This document shows, one piece after another, positions 12,472 to 24,997 of a stretch of DNA of 64,000 nucleotides (positions are counted from its first letter, which is position 1; each line of letters opens with the position of its first letter). Source of the DNA: Vermamoeba vermiformis (lineage: Eukaryota). The stretch is from contig JBEWZL010000276.1 in the NCBI GenBank assembly GCA_045837725.1, positions 62,001 through 126,000 on the forward strand, given 5' to 3'. The notes under the pieces were generated by a model, which was not told where the DNA came from, did no database searches, and was given only the letters and a program-made list of their open reading frames with translations. The position numbers and the translations under genes were made by a program.

Positions 12472-15090
12472 TTACAAACAAGAGGCTTTACAAGTTGTTT
12501 TGAGCCATGCAGGGATTGGGCACTTGAATGGATTTTCCATGGCCATGCATGTCACTTGAAACGTAATGTTATCTAATAATTGTGCAGAAATGGTAGTAAA
12601 CATGTTGTTTGACACATCAATGTAATTTTGTTGCTGCAGAATCCTTATTGGCATATCAAATTCTCCACCAAAAAGATTACTTTTCAGATCAATTTCACCA
12701 TATTCATTGAAAACTTCCACATTCAACTTGGGAATTGGGCCAGTTAGCTTATTGTTTGCCAAATTAAGTTGATTGACACTTGTGTTAGCAAGACTTGGCA
12801 CTGTGCCTGTGAGATTGTTTGAACCCAACTCCAACCAAGTCAGTGATGTCAACTGTGAAATTTCATTTGGTATTGTTCCATACAGTCCACTGTGAGGTGC
12901 ATTGAATATTTTAAGCTGTTTTAGATTTGCAATTTGAGGAGGTATTGTCCACGACATATTGACATTATTTGCAATAGTCAACGTGTTCAATGAAGTCAGT
13001 GAGAATATCTCCAATGGTAGTGAGCCAGTGAATTGTGATAGTCCAAGATCGAGTTCAACAAGACCTGTGATGTTTCCAATCGATGCAGGAATTGTTCCAA
13101 ACAGCCTATTGGCATGCAATCGAAGAACTGTGAGCTTGTCAAGCTTGCCAATAGAATCAGGAATTGTTCCGACTAAAGCACCTTGAGTGATCCGTATTGC
13201 AATCACTCGAAAATTCTTGTCACACACGACACCAGGCCATTCACAAACCGATATTGAAGGTGATGCTTTTTTGACCTTATCAAACCAGTTGTCACCACCA
13301 GTGGCGTGATAGAATTTGACAAGCACTTCTTGATCTTGTGACGGAAATTTTGGTGATGGGGTTTTGTAGGGAAGTGATGGTGTCTCATTTGGTTTTACTG
13401 TGCTTGGTGCATTGGGACTTTGAATGTCTTGGGAAGTGTTTGATGCTTCGTGCATGAGTGGTACAATGAAGAACACTCCAATCACAACACTGAGGAGTAA
13501 CAGCGTTGTGAGTGAGGCACTGATGATCCATCGAACAAGTGATCGACTACTCTTCAGCTCCACTTGTACGATTTGATGTTGATTGCTTATCTGCCTTCAT
13601 CTTGTCCATCCTGACAAACTCTTTGTACATCGTGTCAATCACTTGATGGAGCTGAGTCGTGTCTGACTTGATGTCATTGATGTCTTTGAAGTTCTGTTTG
13701 ATTGACTCGCTCAGATATGGTATCAACGACTCATAGTCCACATGGAGAATGCCTGAGAAGCATGTCAGAAAAACAATAACACAGTGCTGTACGTACCATC
13801 GATGAGTTGAACTGCTTCAGGAACAACACTCTCAATCTGTTGTGCAATGTACCCAACGAATCGTTTGTTCATTGATGCATGATGAACAGTGCCTTGTTTG
13901 AACTTGTACTCCACTCCATCGATCTTGAGAAGAACTGAGCGTGGGTCACGATCATCGATCAGCAGTCTGACATCTTCTTTGATGTTGATGTCTGATGCCT
14001 TGTAGAAGTTGAGTGCTCTGAAGTTGCCAATCACTTCTGCGTTGCCGTTGTAGAGTACCATGTATTGATTCGATTCATCGCTGTGTAATCTGTCAGTGAC
14101 TCTTCGAAGTCAAATTAGTATCACGAGACACGTACTTTGGCATCATTAACTGGAGTTCTGTATTGCATAATCGACATGCCTATTGTAGATTGCAGTTAGA
14201 TCGAGTAGGCAGATATTATTAAGTATATATGTACATAAGTCAATATACTTACGTCGCAGGAATTAGCGAAAGTTCGTCTGAGTCACCTTCGTTGCTGTAA
14301 CTCGGAAAATGTTCTTCTGAGTCAATGAAGTTAGCCATAACACTATCTTCATCATCGCATTGCTCGGGTGATGAATTTAGCTGCTCTGATGGAGGGTGGT
14401 AATCTGCTTGAGGCGAATCTAGCTGCCAACAGATCGGAATTATAACTGTTAAAAATTAGCGGCCAATTAATAGATGTAAGGTAATAGTTTGTTTAAAAGG
14501 GATTTTCAAACGGCAAATATTCATTAATTAATTAATTCAACTTAAATCGCAAATGATTCTTACCGGTATTTTATTATTGTCTTCGGATTCCTCGTCGGCA
14601 AGTCTTTTTTTAGGATGTACTCTGCATAGCTGAGACACTCCAGTACTTAAAAGAACATCGTTTGAGAAACAACGAACAATAAATCTGATCGATCTGTCTT
14701 TGTTCCGTCTGAAATCGAATACACCGGTCGTAATCTTGGCTGTGCATATCAGTGCTTCTATTATCGACGTATTTTGTTGTTTTTGAAATTGATACGGTGT
14801 TCTCTTGGCCCAAACAAGGCCAGAAGGAATTAGTAGATATTGAACAAAGCTACTTTATTAGCATATAATTTGGTCACCCCATTTTAAATAACTTCTTCAG
14901 AATTTCCATTCAATTGCACCATCTGGAGCTGATAATGGAAGCTCTCTCGAGTATCAATACGAGTGAGAGTCAATCCGAAGCTCGGAGATGTCGTTTGAGT
15001 GAAAACGAATGCATTTGAATCGCCCGACAAAGGGATCGACACCTGAAAATTGTTTAATACGTGAATATGAATATCATTTGTGGTCTCCAT
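12472..15090 (-). pseudogene. MYRF-like DBD-ICA-TM-LRR gene, copy 1 (disrupted)
   Basis: Colinear with 24998-27485. Lesions: in-frame TAA plus a roughly 55-60 nt insertion at about 14822-14886, a 44-nt mini-exon (48 nt in copy 2) that causes a stop, and a frameshift near 13560 before the TM. Confidence 0.75.
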
Positions 15091-15862
15091 AACTGTTTTT
15101 TGCTTTAATATAATTAGTACATAGAATCGATGTTCATGTGAACCACGAACGGAACACGAAAACGCCGCGGCAGATTGTGAAACGACAGCTTTCAGGACAA
15201 ATTATTATTCACAATATTCATCAAACTACAATTAATTTGATACAAACAGCAACAAAACGTCCACTAAATTGCAATTTAGCTAATAGCTCGGGAAAGCTGC
15301 AACGTTGAACTCCGCTGTGGATTGGGTCCCAATTGGGTATTGTTTGCATTATACGCTCTGTAGGGTATGTCAAAGCCTTTAATTATATTATAATGATGAT
15401 CACAAGAATAATATAATTACCTGAATTAGTCGTTTAATTCGTGGCTCTGTGCTGCATTTTTTTTGATTCGGATGTCTTCTTCATCTTGTCCGAACTGACC
15501 TTGTCTTGCATTATAAATAATTTCATCTATACTACATTATACTAGCACATTAGTATATATTTTTAAAATATGTTGTAAGCCTTAGATAAACATTGAAAGA
15601 GCAAAAACTTCGTGCCAAGATGCAGTGGCCGATCTTGCAAAACTTACGTTTTAACTTCGTGCTTTTCGGTCATCTTCTCTTTACGTGACTTTACCTTTCC
15701 TCGGCTTTGATTGCCGCCTGAATTATTGTTGCGAGGCATTGAGTTATGCTGCTATTGCTTCAAGTAAAAATATAATCGAGTTTTTAAAATTAATTGCTTT
15801 TATACATTAGACTATTTACAAATATTACACGTTAGCTATTTACATAGTATGTATATCATCGT

Positions 15863-16150
15863 TCAGCGGTAGAAAACCTTCTTTACAGCAGATTTGTCTG
15901 TTTTCGGATTTGCAGCTGCTGATGTACGTGCACTAGGCATGATATTGCGCGGCAGCAACGTGTTGCCGTTGATTTCTTGCAAAGGCTTACGAGGAGGAGT
16001 ATTGAACATCGTCTTGTTGCCATTAGAGCTCAGATTAGTTCTCGATCGAGTAGCCAGTTCGCCAGTCTGCGGATTAATATTCTCCTTGTCGTGCAAATAG
16101 ACGCTCCAAAGCTTCGTATCACTAACGTTCTTCGTCAAAGTAGCACTCAT
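15863..16150 (-). CDS. small basic protein with KEN box and D-box-like degrons
   Basis: 95-aa ORF containing DKENINP and RKPLQEIN. Confidence 0.55.
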   Translation of the reverse strand: MSATLTKNVSDTKLWSVYLHDKENINPQTGELATRSRTNLSSNGNKTMFNTPPRKPLQEINGNTLLPRNIMPSARTSAAANPKTDKSAVKKVFYR

Positions 16151-16443
16151 TTTACTTTCTTGTGTTCGCAGATCACCTTAGCCTCTCGTTGTGCTCCTCT
16201 TCGTGCACCAGCATAATCACTCGACATAAAAATAAAATTTAAATCGGGTTGTAAAAAAGGCGCGAAAAAAAGTAGCCGTTACAAACATTTTTCTGTGATC
16301 ACAGAAAACGAGGCAGATCAACCACGACAAACAACACATGAACACAACAGCAAATTTTATACGTTAAATTTGTCGTATCGAACGATATCAATTGTTTATT
16401 AAATTGTACACTATTTACAAGGCGATAGAGTTGGAGATGAGGA

Positions 16444-17562
16444 TTATTTCTTGCCGAGTTCAATAGCACGATCCAAAGCGGCCTTAGTAGCCTTTTTCAT
16501 AATATCCTCGAGACCTTGCTCGTTGAAGACTGCCAAGGCGCGTTCAGTAGTGCCTCCTTTGCTCGTGACTTGCTCACGCAAAACAGATACATCCGTCGTA
16601 GAATTGCTGGCAAGCACAGCGGCACCTAAGCACGTGCCAAGAGCAATATCTGATGCCATTTGATCGTCAAAGCCCATATCCTTGGCAGCATTGCGCATGG
16701 CCTCGATGAACAAGAAAAAGTAAGCAGGACCCGAACCACTAACGCGGTAATTTTGTTGAGATCGTCTTCGCAGGGAACGTGAATTATTTTTGACATGCTA
16801 GCAAGTAGTTCCTATTTTAAAAAAATTAATTACTCATTTTGCTCGAGGTAGCTCAATTTGTAAAAGATCTTACATCAATGACGGTCATGGATTCAGGTTC
16901 CTCGCAGTAAACTCCAGTGACGCCTTTGCCGACTAACAAAGGAGTGTTTGGCATCGTGCGAACAAACTTGATATTGTCACCTGATATTAACGATATTTAG
17001 TTAGAATTTCGATTCGTTGTGCAACCTGGATCTTTTCAAATTACCAGTCATGTTCGCCTTTAGCACGCGCAAGGGAATGCCTGCCATAATAGAGATGATG
17101 GTCTTTCCGCTCATATCAACGCCTTTGAGCTCTTCGAGGACTGAATCCAATTGTTGTGGTTTGACGGCGAACAAAATAACATGTAAGACGTCAAAAAAAA
17201 AGTCAGTATCGTGAGTTAATAATATAAATACTAATATGAAATCATATTTGGAGCAGATACTTATCACTAGAATTGATCTCGGGCACGCACTTTTCGACGG
17301 TTTGGACTGAAAATTTATTTTCTGTTTCCAAGCGACGTTCAGGGATGATTTCTGACACTACGACATTCCAGGCAGCACGATCAAGACCACCTACATTTTG
17401 CGGATTAATTTAGAAAATAATTACGATTTAAAACAGATTCTTCAGATTTCAAGATCGGTCGACCGAGGTGCGATCGTATAGCAAGAAAACACTTTAAAGG
17501 TGCTTACCAAGGATAGCCCAGGCCATATTTCCACCACCGATGAAAAAGAGTTTCTTGCTCAT
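16444..17562 (-). CDS. proC: pyrroline-5-carboxylate reductase
   Basis: FFIGGGNMA, ILFAVKPQQL, IISIMAGI, VRTMPNTP, SGSGPAYFF, LREQVTSKGGTTERAL; one apparent 1-nt frameshift near 16742. Confidence 0.93.
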
Positions 17563-17931
17563 GTTGTATGAAGGCTTTGCTGTTATTTGGATGCGGTTCG
17601 TTGATTACCAGATTGTTTAAGTAAACAATTGAAGTGTGGTAACAAGATGAATTGTAAATTGGGAAATAAATTGAAATATTTTTCGCTATTCGCCAGTCAC
17701 GGTAACAGAAGACTTTCAGACCGCGTGGTGATTTACTCCAATCACATCGCGGTTCACATTAGATATTTAGATACCTGCAACTACGATTCTGCTTGCTTGA
17801 TGCCATTCAATCATAATTCATACCCGAGTTCAATCAAGTTTTTCAAATGAAATTTAAAAATTGAATCGACGCGATTTTGATCTTGTTTTATGTTTGTGTA
17901 ACAATAGTCTGCAGACCATACAAGCACGAGT

Positions 17932-19407
17932 ATGAATGCTCTATTAGCGCGTACGGCTTACGGGAGTAAGCGTCTTCTGTTCCCGCGCATTAGGTTTGCA
18001 CGGATGGTAGCAATTCAAAAGTACAGCAACAGTGCGGCATCCAACTTATCAGATCTGATTCCTATTGTAGATGTAAAGCCATTCCACGAAAGCACTACTC
18101 GAGCACATGAAATAGCAAAGCAAATCGGTAGATCTTTGAATGAGATTGGTTTTGTTTACATCAAAAATTCTCCTTTGACGGACAATATCATAAATAATTG
18201 TATCAGTATGGCCCAGACATTTTTCAATCAGTCTCAGAATTTTAAAAATCAATCGCACACGACAGACGCAAATGCATTCGGTTATTATCATTATCAAGGC
18301 GTAGGAAATGCAGAGAAAATGTAAGTGATAGAAAATCATTTAATAGGGATTATTTAAATTTTTTAATTAAATTCAGTTCAGTTTGTTGCGTCTGAACACA
18401 TCCATCTGACTTTACCTTTTATTGTTACCTAGGATCGGCTCAAGTGAAAATCTAATCGAAGCTTATTTGCTGTCAAATCCATTCAACAAGCCACTTGAGC
18501 TCAAATCAGCTTACTTCGATAAAACGCATCCGCATTCTCAACAGCAACGCGAGTACTGGACCCATCAAATCAATCAATGGCCCAACGACAAAGAGTTGAA
18601 GAAATCAATTGAAGAGTACTACAAAAAGAGCGGAGAGTGCTCAATGTTAATTTTAACGGCACTAGCAATGGCATTGGAGTTAGAACCGACTTACTTTACC
18701 AGCCGACATGACAAGCACGACTCGACCATGGAACTCAAGAAATATCACAAAATGAAGCCTCAGAACCATGAAGACGTCGAGTACATCACCTTGAAGAGTA
18801 AGTTACTATAGTTCGCTTATTATCACGCGATGTAAATCACTGGCTAATGTATGCGACAGACGGCGTAAAAATTCCAAAACCAAAGGCGGATTACGAAGAA
18901 GAAAATAAAGACGACAAAACACGCGTTAATGTGCACGCGGATTTGAGCAGGTAAGTGCTATATGACATTACTAAGCGAGGCTAACTCGAAGATCCAGTAT
19001 CACCCTTCTATCGCAAAACGAAATTGGAGGCCTGCAAGTATTACGGTCAGACGGTCAATGGATTGACGCGCCAAAAATTCGCGACTGCATTCTCGTTAAT
19101 ACAGGTAAATTTAACTTAATTAAGGCTGATGGCACGAGAAAAAAAAGTAGCGGATCTAACTCACTGCATCTGCTCTACAGGTGATATTATGGAGCGATGG
19201 ACTAATGGATATTTTAAATCGACACTCCATAGAGTCGCGTTTAACGACCAATCAGAGAAAAGTGATCGTTATTCCGTCGTGTATTTCTGCATGCCCAACT
19301 GGGAACAAGCGTTGGAGCCAATCACCAAACAGGACAAAAATAGATCGGGTGGTCCGCAGCAGAAAAAAGAAGTCATATTATTTGGCGATATGATACCTTT
19401 TGTGTGA
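17932..19407 (+). CDS. 2OG-Fe(II) oxygenase, isopenicillin-N-synthase/DIOX family
   Basis: IPIVDV..EIGFVYIKN, NQWP, VHADLSSITLLSQNEIGGLQV, NTGDIMERWTNGYFKSTLHRV, RYSVVYF (HxD...H and RxS motifs). Confidence 0.9.
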
Positions 19408-19696
19408 GACTCTTGTTCTAAGCGTCGATCTTGGATCCTGCACGGAAGTAAGTTCTCGATATAGATCCTGACCATAATTAGTAATTACGTAGAATCGCTC
19501 GAGATGCTTGTGATTACTTGGCAAAATCCAGTGGATTAATTCCCAAAAATGGAAATTTTTTGTTTAATAATTGTTCCGTAGATTAATTTTTTTGCTGTTT
19601 AACTTGTTAATTAATGATAATTGCACAACAGTGAGCACCACGCGACAAGCTCAGAAAGAAAGCTTTGCCTGAAAGGCGTACGCTGATCCGATACAA

Positions 19697-19830
19697 ACGA
19701 AGAAAACAAGAAAACAAGAAAACCAGCCAGAGAACTTTGAATAGAAGAGAAAGAAGTAAAAGAAAGCGACAAAAAAGAAGATAAGAATAAGAATATAAGG
19801 AAGAAAGAACATAAGAAAGATCGAAAGAAT
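19697..19830 (+). repeat. purine-rich low-complexity tract (AAGAAAAC and AAGAAT units) upstream of the next gene
   Basis: aagaaaacaagaaaacaagaaaac and aagaataagaataagaat read directly. Confidence 0.6.
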
Positions 19831-19879
19831 TAAGTACAAATCTGGAACAGATCCGTTTTACTCAACTACCCCTACATTT

Positions 19880-22800
19880 ATGGTTAGTATCCCCCGTCTA
19901 TTATTCCTGGCGTTATTCGTTGCCGTCGCCTCTGCGCAACAATACTGCACCTTCAACTCGTCCGTTACAAAAGCAGGTCTCTACGATCAAAATGGCCTAT
20001 GCAATTGCTACAGCGGCTTTTATTCATCGGAACCTAACTACTTGAACTGCTTCAATAAGGCTTCCGATTCGTGCTTTTGGAATCCTGCTCCTCAACAACT
20101 TAGCACCGGATACGTTCCGATCTTGGACGATCTCGCCAGTGGAGTGTTTGGAGGCAAGATCGTAATGGTTGTTCGATCACCTCTTGTTATTGATCGTCTT
20201 TCGACTACTGCTGCTTGGCAAAACGGTGCCGAGGACTACTCTTACCCCGGCAGCTACTGGAGCAAAACTGTCGAGAACTGTACTGATACCTTTACCTTCA
20301 GCCTACCCTTAACTAACGCTTACGGTACGTATTTAGTACTTTTTGGATTATACGGTGGACTATTTAGTCAACTAAAATTGGAGTTATACGGATTCACAAA
20401 CCTTAATTAGAGATTTAGTCTTAATAACTTAATCTAATTTTAGATGCTGGATTCGAGCCAAGTGAAGACGATACATACTATTACCTCAATGGTGTTGTCG
20501 TATTCACTTACTACGACAGTATTGGTGAGATGCGTGGTCAACCTTTAACGCGAACCACTCAGAGCGTCTTGCGCATTGAAATTCGTTTCCCTAAGCGTAT
20601 TACCGTAAGTACCTCACTTAAATTCGACATACGTAGTTAACTCCCATTCTGGATTTGGATCCAAGGAGAATCCACGAGATAATTTTTCCGGAGCTTATGC
20701 GGATTAATAATTAATTATGCAATATAGGTTACGAGTGCGGTTAGTGTGTATAGTGGCTACGACCTGTTGGCTGTGATCACGTTCCAAGCTTATGACCCGG
20801 TTACAAATACTGGTAAGAGCGGATCTCGAGCGGACTTTGCCAAGTACAAGAAGTAATATTGGTTTATTTTATAGGTATCTTCGAATACACGACCTCTCTG
20901 CCGTACCCCTTCAGAGTCGACAACGTTATTGGCCTCACATTCCCTTCACCTATCGATGGTTCAAGTGGCCCGATCCAAGATCTGAACTGCGGCACTTCAT
21001 TCAACTCAACTTGCTTGCAAAAGTTCCGTTTGACTACTAATCCCAATGGCGCCTGCAGGCTGTCGGGAGACTACAATATCACCGTGGCTATTGGTTGCCG
21101 TGGTGCTGCTAGTTGCGCTCCTGGATCCGGAGTTATTGCTTCTCAAATCACTTCCGAAGACATTTGCTCCGTTGTCCGAATTGACATTGACTTGACTGGC
21201 TCCATGAAAGTCTATTCGGACGACACGTTCTCGTCTCCCGCTGCTTCGTTCCTTCCTGGCCAATCAGCTGTCTTCTTGACCAACGTTGCTTCGAGCAAGG
21301 CCGTGATTGCCTCTTCATCGATCTCAGATGTGTTTTACACGATGCCTGATGGCTCATCGAACTCACTTTACAGCGGTATGAAGTCACGTGACGGGTAGAA
21401 CTTTCTCGTAACTAACCCTAATTAGGCGGTGCTTCCAGCGCTCTGGCGGGCTCGAATGGTTTCAGCATTGTGCCCATCAATGAAACAGCTTCGTACTTCA
21501 CAATTTCTATTAGCGTTGGTACCTCTGCTAGCGACTTATTCAACCCTCGTGCCTTGGATCCATCGTGAGAATCACATGTCAAAAAAAATATTACGTACTA
21601 ATACAATGATCAGTGCGTTCCCTCCTATCACAGCTCCTTCTACTGTACCATTTGCAACTGCACCAATTGCCGACGCTGCGCCTTTTGATGGCACTGTTCC
21701 TCTTCCTGACGCTCCACCCGTCCCGGGGTTTTTCCCGCCAGTGCCCGACACACCTATCGGAGCAGTTCCGACGCCGAACCCGTTCCCTCTGGATCCGATC
21801 TTGGACTGCATTGAACAAGTCAATTCGTCGTCGTACATCGCTTACTTCAGTTACCAAAATCCTTTTGGCGACTTCAGCACTTATCCTATTGGCGCCACGA
21901 ATGGTTTCACCGGCAACGGCCTTACTCTTGCTGACGTGGGCCAACCGACAACTTTCCCTGAGGTCAGATCTCGTAAGTCTTACTCGGAATTCTTTTTTCT
22001 TCACAAATGAGGTTATTAATTGTGGTATAATAAGTCCCATATCCTGTTGGTGCCTTCCAATACCAATGGAATGGCGCTTCACCGGTCAGCTGGACTTTGA
22101 ACGGAGTTGAAAGAGTTGCAGATCCAGGATTTCTGCCTAACCGATGCCCGACAACTCTCATGTTTTATATTGGATTCGCTTTTGGAGATATTTATCCTTT
22201 AGACGTGTTTGAAGAAAGAATAATCGTTGACAAGCTTAGTATTGCTATGGGCATGCGATCCAACTTGAACTTGGTCCTGATCTCATCCAATGTTTATTAT
22301 AATCCTACTGGGGGTGGAAATTTAGTCACGCTTGGCTTTAAGATCGATCCTTTCGTTGATAGCCCCGATATTTCTGCGAAGGAGGCGATGCTCAATTTAA
22401 TCGCTGTTCGATCTAACGCTACGCTTATGCGATCCATCGTGGATCCTTACAACGCGGATCCAGCTCGATTATTTGAAGGTACGAACAAAATATTTTAATA
22501 ATATTTCGAATTATACTAATACCTCATTTCTTAGTCTTGATGATGCTCCCCGTTCCAAACCAAATGAGCAGCTATCCTTATTTTACGCCTTCCTTTGCTA
22601 AACGCGCGGTCGATTCTGAAAACACCATTTTCGTTCATGAAAAGCCTCAACGCCGCGAAATTGTGCAGTCAGTCAAGCGGTACGTACTGCACTAATATTT
22701 TAATACTAATTTTTTATTATTACCCTAATTTCTACGAATTTAATACGATTGATAATATATAACTTGTTATTCAGTACTGTTTATCCCATAACAATATTAA

Positions 22801-23106
22801 TGGTGGTATTTTCTTAGTGAGGTCGCACAAGATGTCTCAGGCAATGTACAGTTCTCAGCGGTGATTGAAGTCGAATGGATCGGATTCGCTGGCAACAAAA
22901 AGAAGTTCGCGTTTGATCTCAAACAAGCAAAACTTCCAAGCGGCAGTCAAGATAAGAAGTTCTCGGCGTATATTGGCATTGGACAGGCAGCTCAAAATGA
23001 GCCAAATTCATTCTCGACCAACGTACCGGATCCAACCTCGACTGCTTCCGCTGTTTATTTATCAATTAGTGCGCTGATTATTATGATTGTTAATCTATTG
23101 TTGTAA
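19880..23106 (+). CDS. large secreted or surface glycoprotein, probably GPI-anchored
   Basis: Signal peptide MVSIPRLLFLALFVAVASA, EGF-like CNCYSGFY, Cys-containing beta-rich domains, Pro-rich linker, PILDCIEQV..YIAYFSYQN..GQPTTF module, and a C-terminal S/T spacer plus hydrophobic tail. Confidence 0.75.
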
Positions 23107-23246
23107 ATAGGGAATAATCCCTTCAATTAAATGAAATTTATCCTTTCTGAAACTGTTGAGACGCATTGTCGAATCCGCTCCTGTTGTCAAACTAGTATAT
23201 TATTCGAGTAAATATTTACTTATAGTAATTGTACAAATCCTTATGA

Positions 23247-24053
23247 TTAAAAACGCAAGATCTGTTGGACGGAAGCAATGCTGAATCCAACAAAACCCTT
23301 CAAAAGAATCGCTAATGCACCGTTCCATAATGACTTGGCTCCTTGATTTTTGGAAATTTGACGCACCGCTACGATGCTGTTGGAATACTTCTCGGGTTGG
23401 ATCGCCATCTGTTTTTGAACTGTTTGGAACGGGTATCCAGCTAATGTTGATAAAGCAACTAAAGTGCGTCCAAATGTTAAATTGAACCAAGTGAGCTCTA
23501 CTTTCTCCATATTTTCTTTCAGTGAATTCAGAAAAGTGTTATAAAGGCTGAAAATGGCTGCTGAAATAGTTCCACCGATCAGGACTTCTAAAACATTAGC
23601 GCCAGCTCCGCTATATAAAGATAATATCGATCCATTTTTAACAGTTTGTCTCCACACGTCGAATTCGTTTTTGAAGCGGTAAGATCCAGTTCCAATTTTG
23701 GTGTCAGAAAGGAGACAAGATGCAGCCAGTTCGAATGGATAAACTAAGGGAATAGACAATATTTGATATCCAACATTGACCAATTGATATGAAATAGTAG
23801 CATCTAGGCCTTGAGATGCAGTCAGCTCGTAGAAAGCTTTTCGCTTCAAACCAGATGTGGCTACAGCAATAAAATATTGCACGATTTGAGCAGTATATCC
23901 TCTCCATAATGATAATACACCTATTATTAAGCATTAGATCGGCATAAATATACTAAGACAGCCTAAATTACCTTCTTGTTTGACGACTTCTTTTCCGCAG
24001 TCCAAAAATCCGTTAAAAAGGCGCGTAAATTTTCCATTGCTAAAATACACGTT
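23247..24053 (-). CDS. mitochondrial carrier family protein (5' end not resolved)
   Basis: FNGFLDCGKEVVKQEG, YPFELA, YPFQTVQKQM, GAKSLWNGA carrier-repeat motifs. Confidence 0.75.
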
Positions 24054-24629
24054 CTAAATATGCCGATTAGTAAGTCTAGCAGTTAATCGGAATTAATTTC
24101 GATTATTGTTAAATAGAATTATGGATGTGACACTTCGCACCAGAAAAGCGAGCAGTAGTTACGTGCAAATAAAATATTACAATATATAATTATTATATTT
24201 TAGTATGATATTAATGGTGATTTAATTGGGCGAAGTAGATTTCGAGAGGCTTTTTAAATTCGATATCATATTATCTTTTTAATTGATTGATGCTTGCAAT
24301 CAACTTTCGTTCGTTCAAGAGTAACTAATAAAATATATTTGTCGATTAATACTTGCCTGCACTTGCAAGATACTCTGGATGCGAATGATTGGCGTTGTGG
24401 TGGCAGACAACAGCAATTCTTGAAAGTGAATCCGTCTCATTTTTACTGCGGTACTAATAAATATGTTATTTGCCTTGTTGTGGTGCAACACGTTACGATA
24501 ACAAAGAATCTATTTCTGCTCGCAGATTTTCTAGGTGGTTCTACCCGCCAAATCTTCTTAAAAACGACGAAATCTAACAACGTACATGGCAGGCTACAAG
24601 AACTAAAGGAAATACTACTGGTATGATGA

Positions 24630-24926
24630 CCCTTGGAAGGCAGTTACACTCGATTTTAAACTATTCATTGATCGGACATTTTGAACGGAATTGCCTGTTG
24701 CGTAGCAAAACATGTACACTGCGGGCCTATTGTCGAATCAAGGGACACTGAACTGAAAATATATTGTTGGTGAAATCAAAGTAATTCCTAGTTTTGGGTT
24801 CTATCGGCAAGTTAAATTCGATAACGTTCAACTTGAGAATTGGCCAGTAAAATGATTGTTTCTAATTTTAACCAACGCTCGCTTGTTTTTGCAAGACTAG
24901 GCACTGTTCCAATTAAATTATTATTG
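24630..24926 (-). pseudogene. degenerate relic of the LRR ectodomain 3' end of the MYRF-like family
   Basis: Frame-broken translation NNLIGTVPSLAKTS..NNHFTG..LKLNV..RNYFDFTNNIF..CYATGN..FKCPINE..FKIEC matches the C-termini of copies 1 and 2. Confidence 0.7.
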
Positions 24927-24997
24927 CTGCTGACTATGACGTGCGGCTCGTCTTACGTAATGTGATTTATTTGCAAGTGATGGTTCATGAAATTGCT

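Noticed and set aside
15230-15739. Possible small minus-strand gene starting MPRNNNSGGNQSRGK
   Set aside because: Splice signals exist, but I could not join the exons in a consistent frame and saw no recognisable motif
16735-16750. Frameshift in proC as programmed frameshifting or pseudogenisation
   Set aside because: A single missing base in an otherwise intact housekeeping gene is most likely an assembly indel; it also warns against over-reading other single indels
24294-24626. 110-aa plus-strand ORF between the carrier gene and the LRR relic
   Set aside because: No ATG start and no recognisable domain; it cannot be supported
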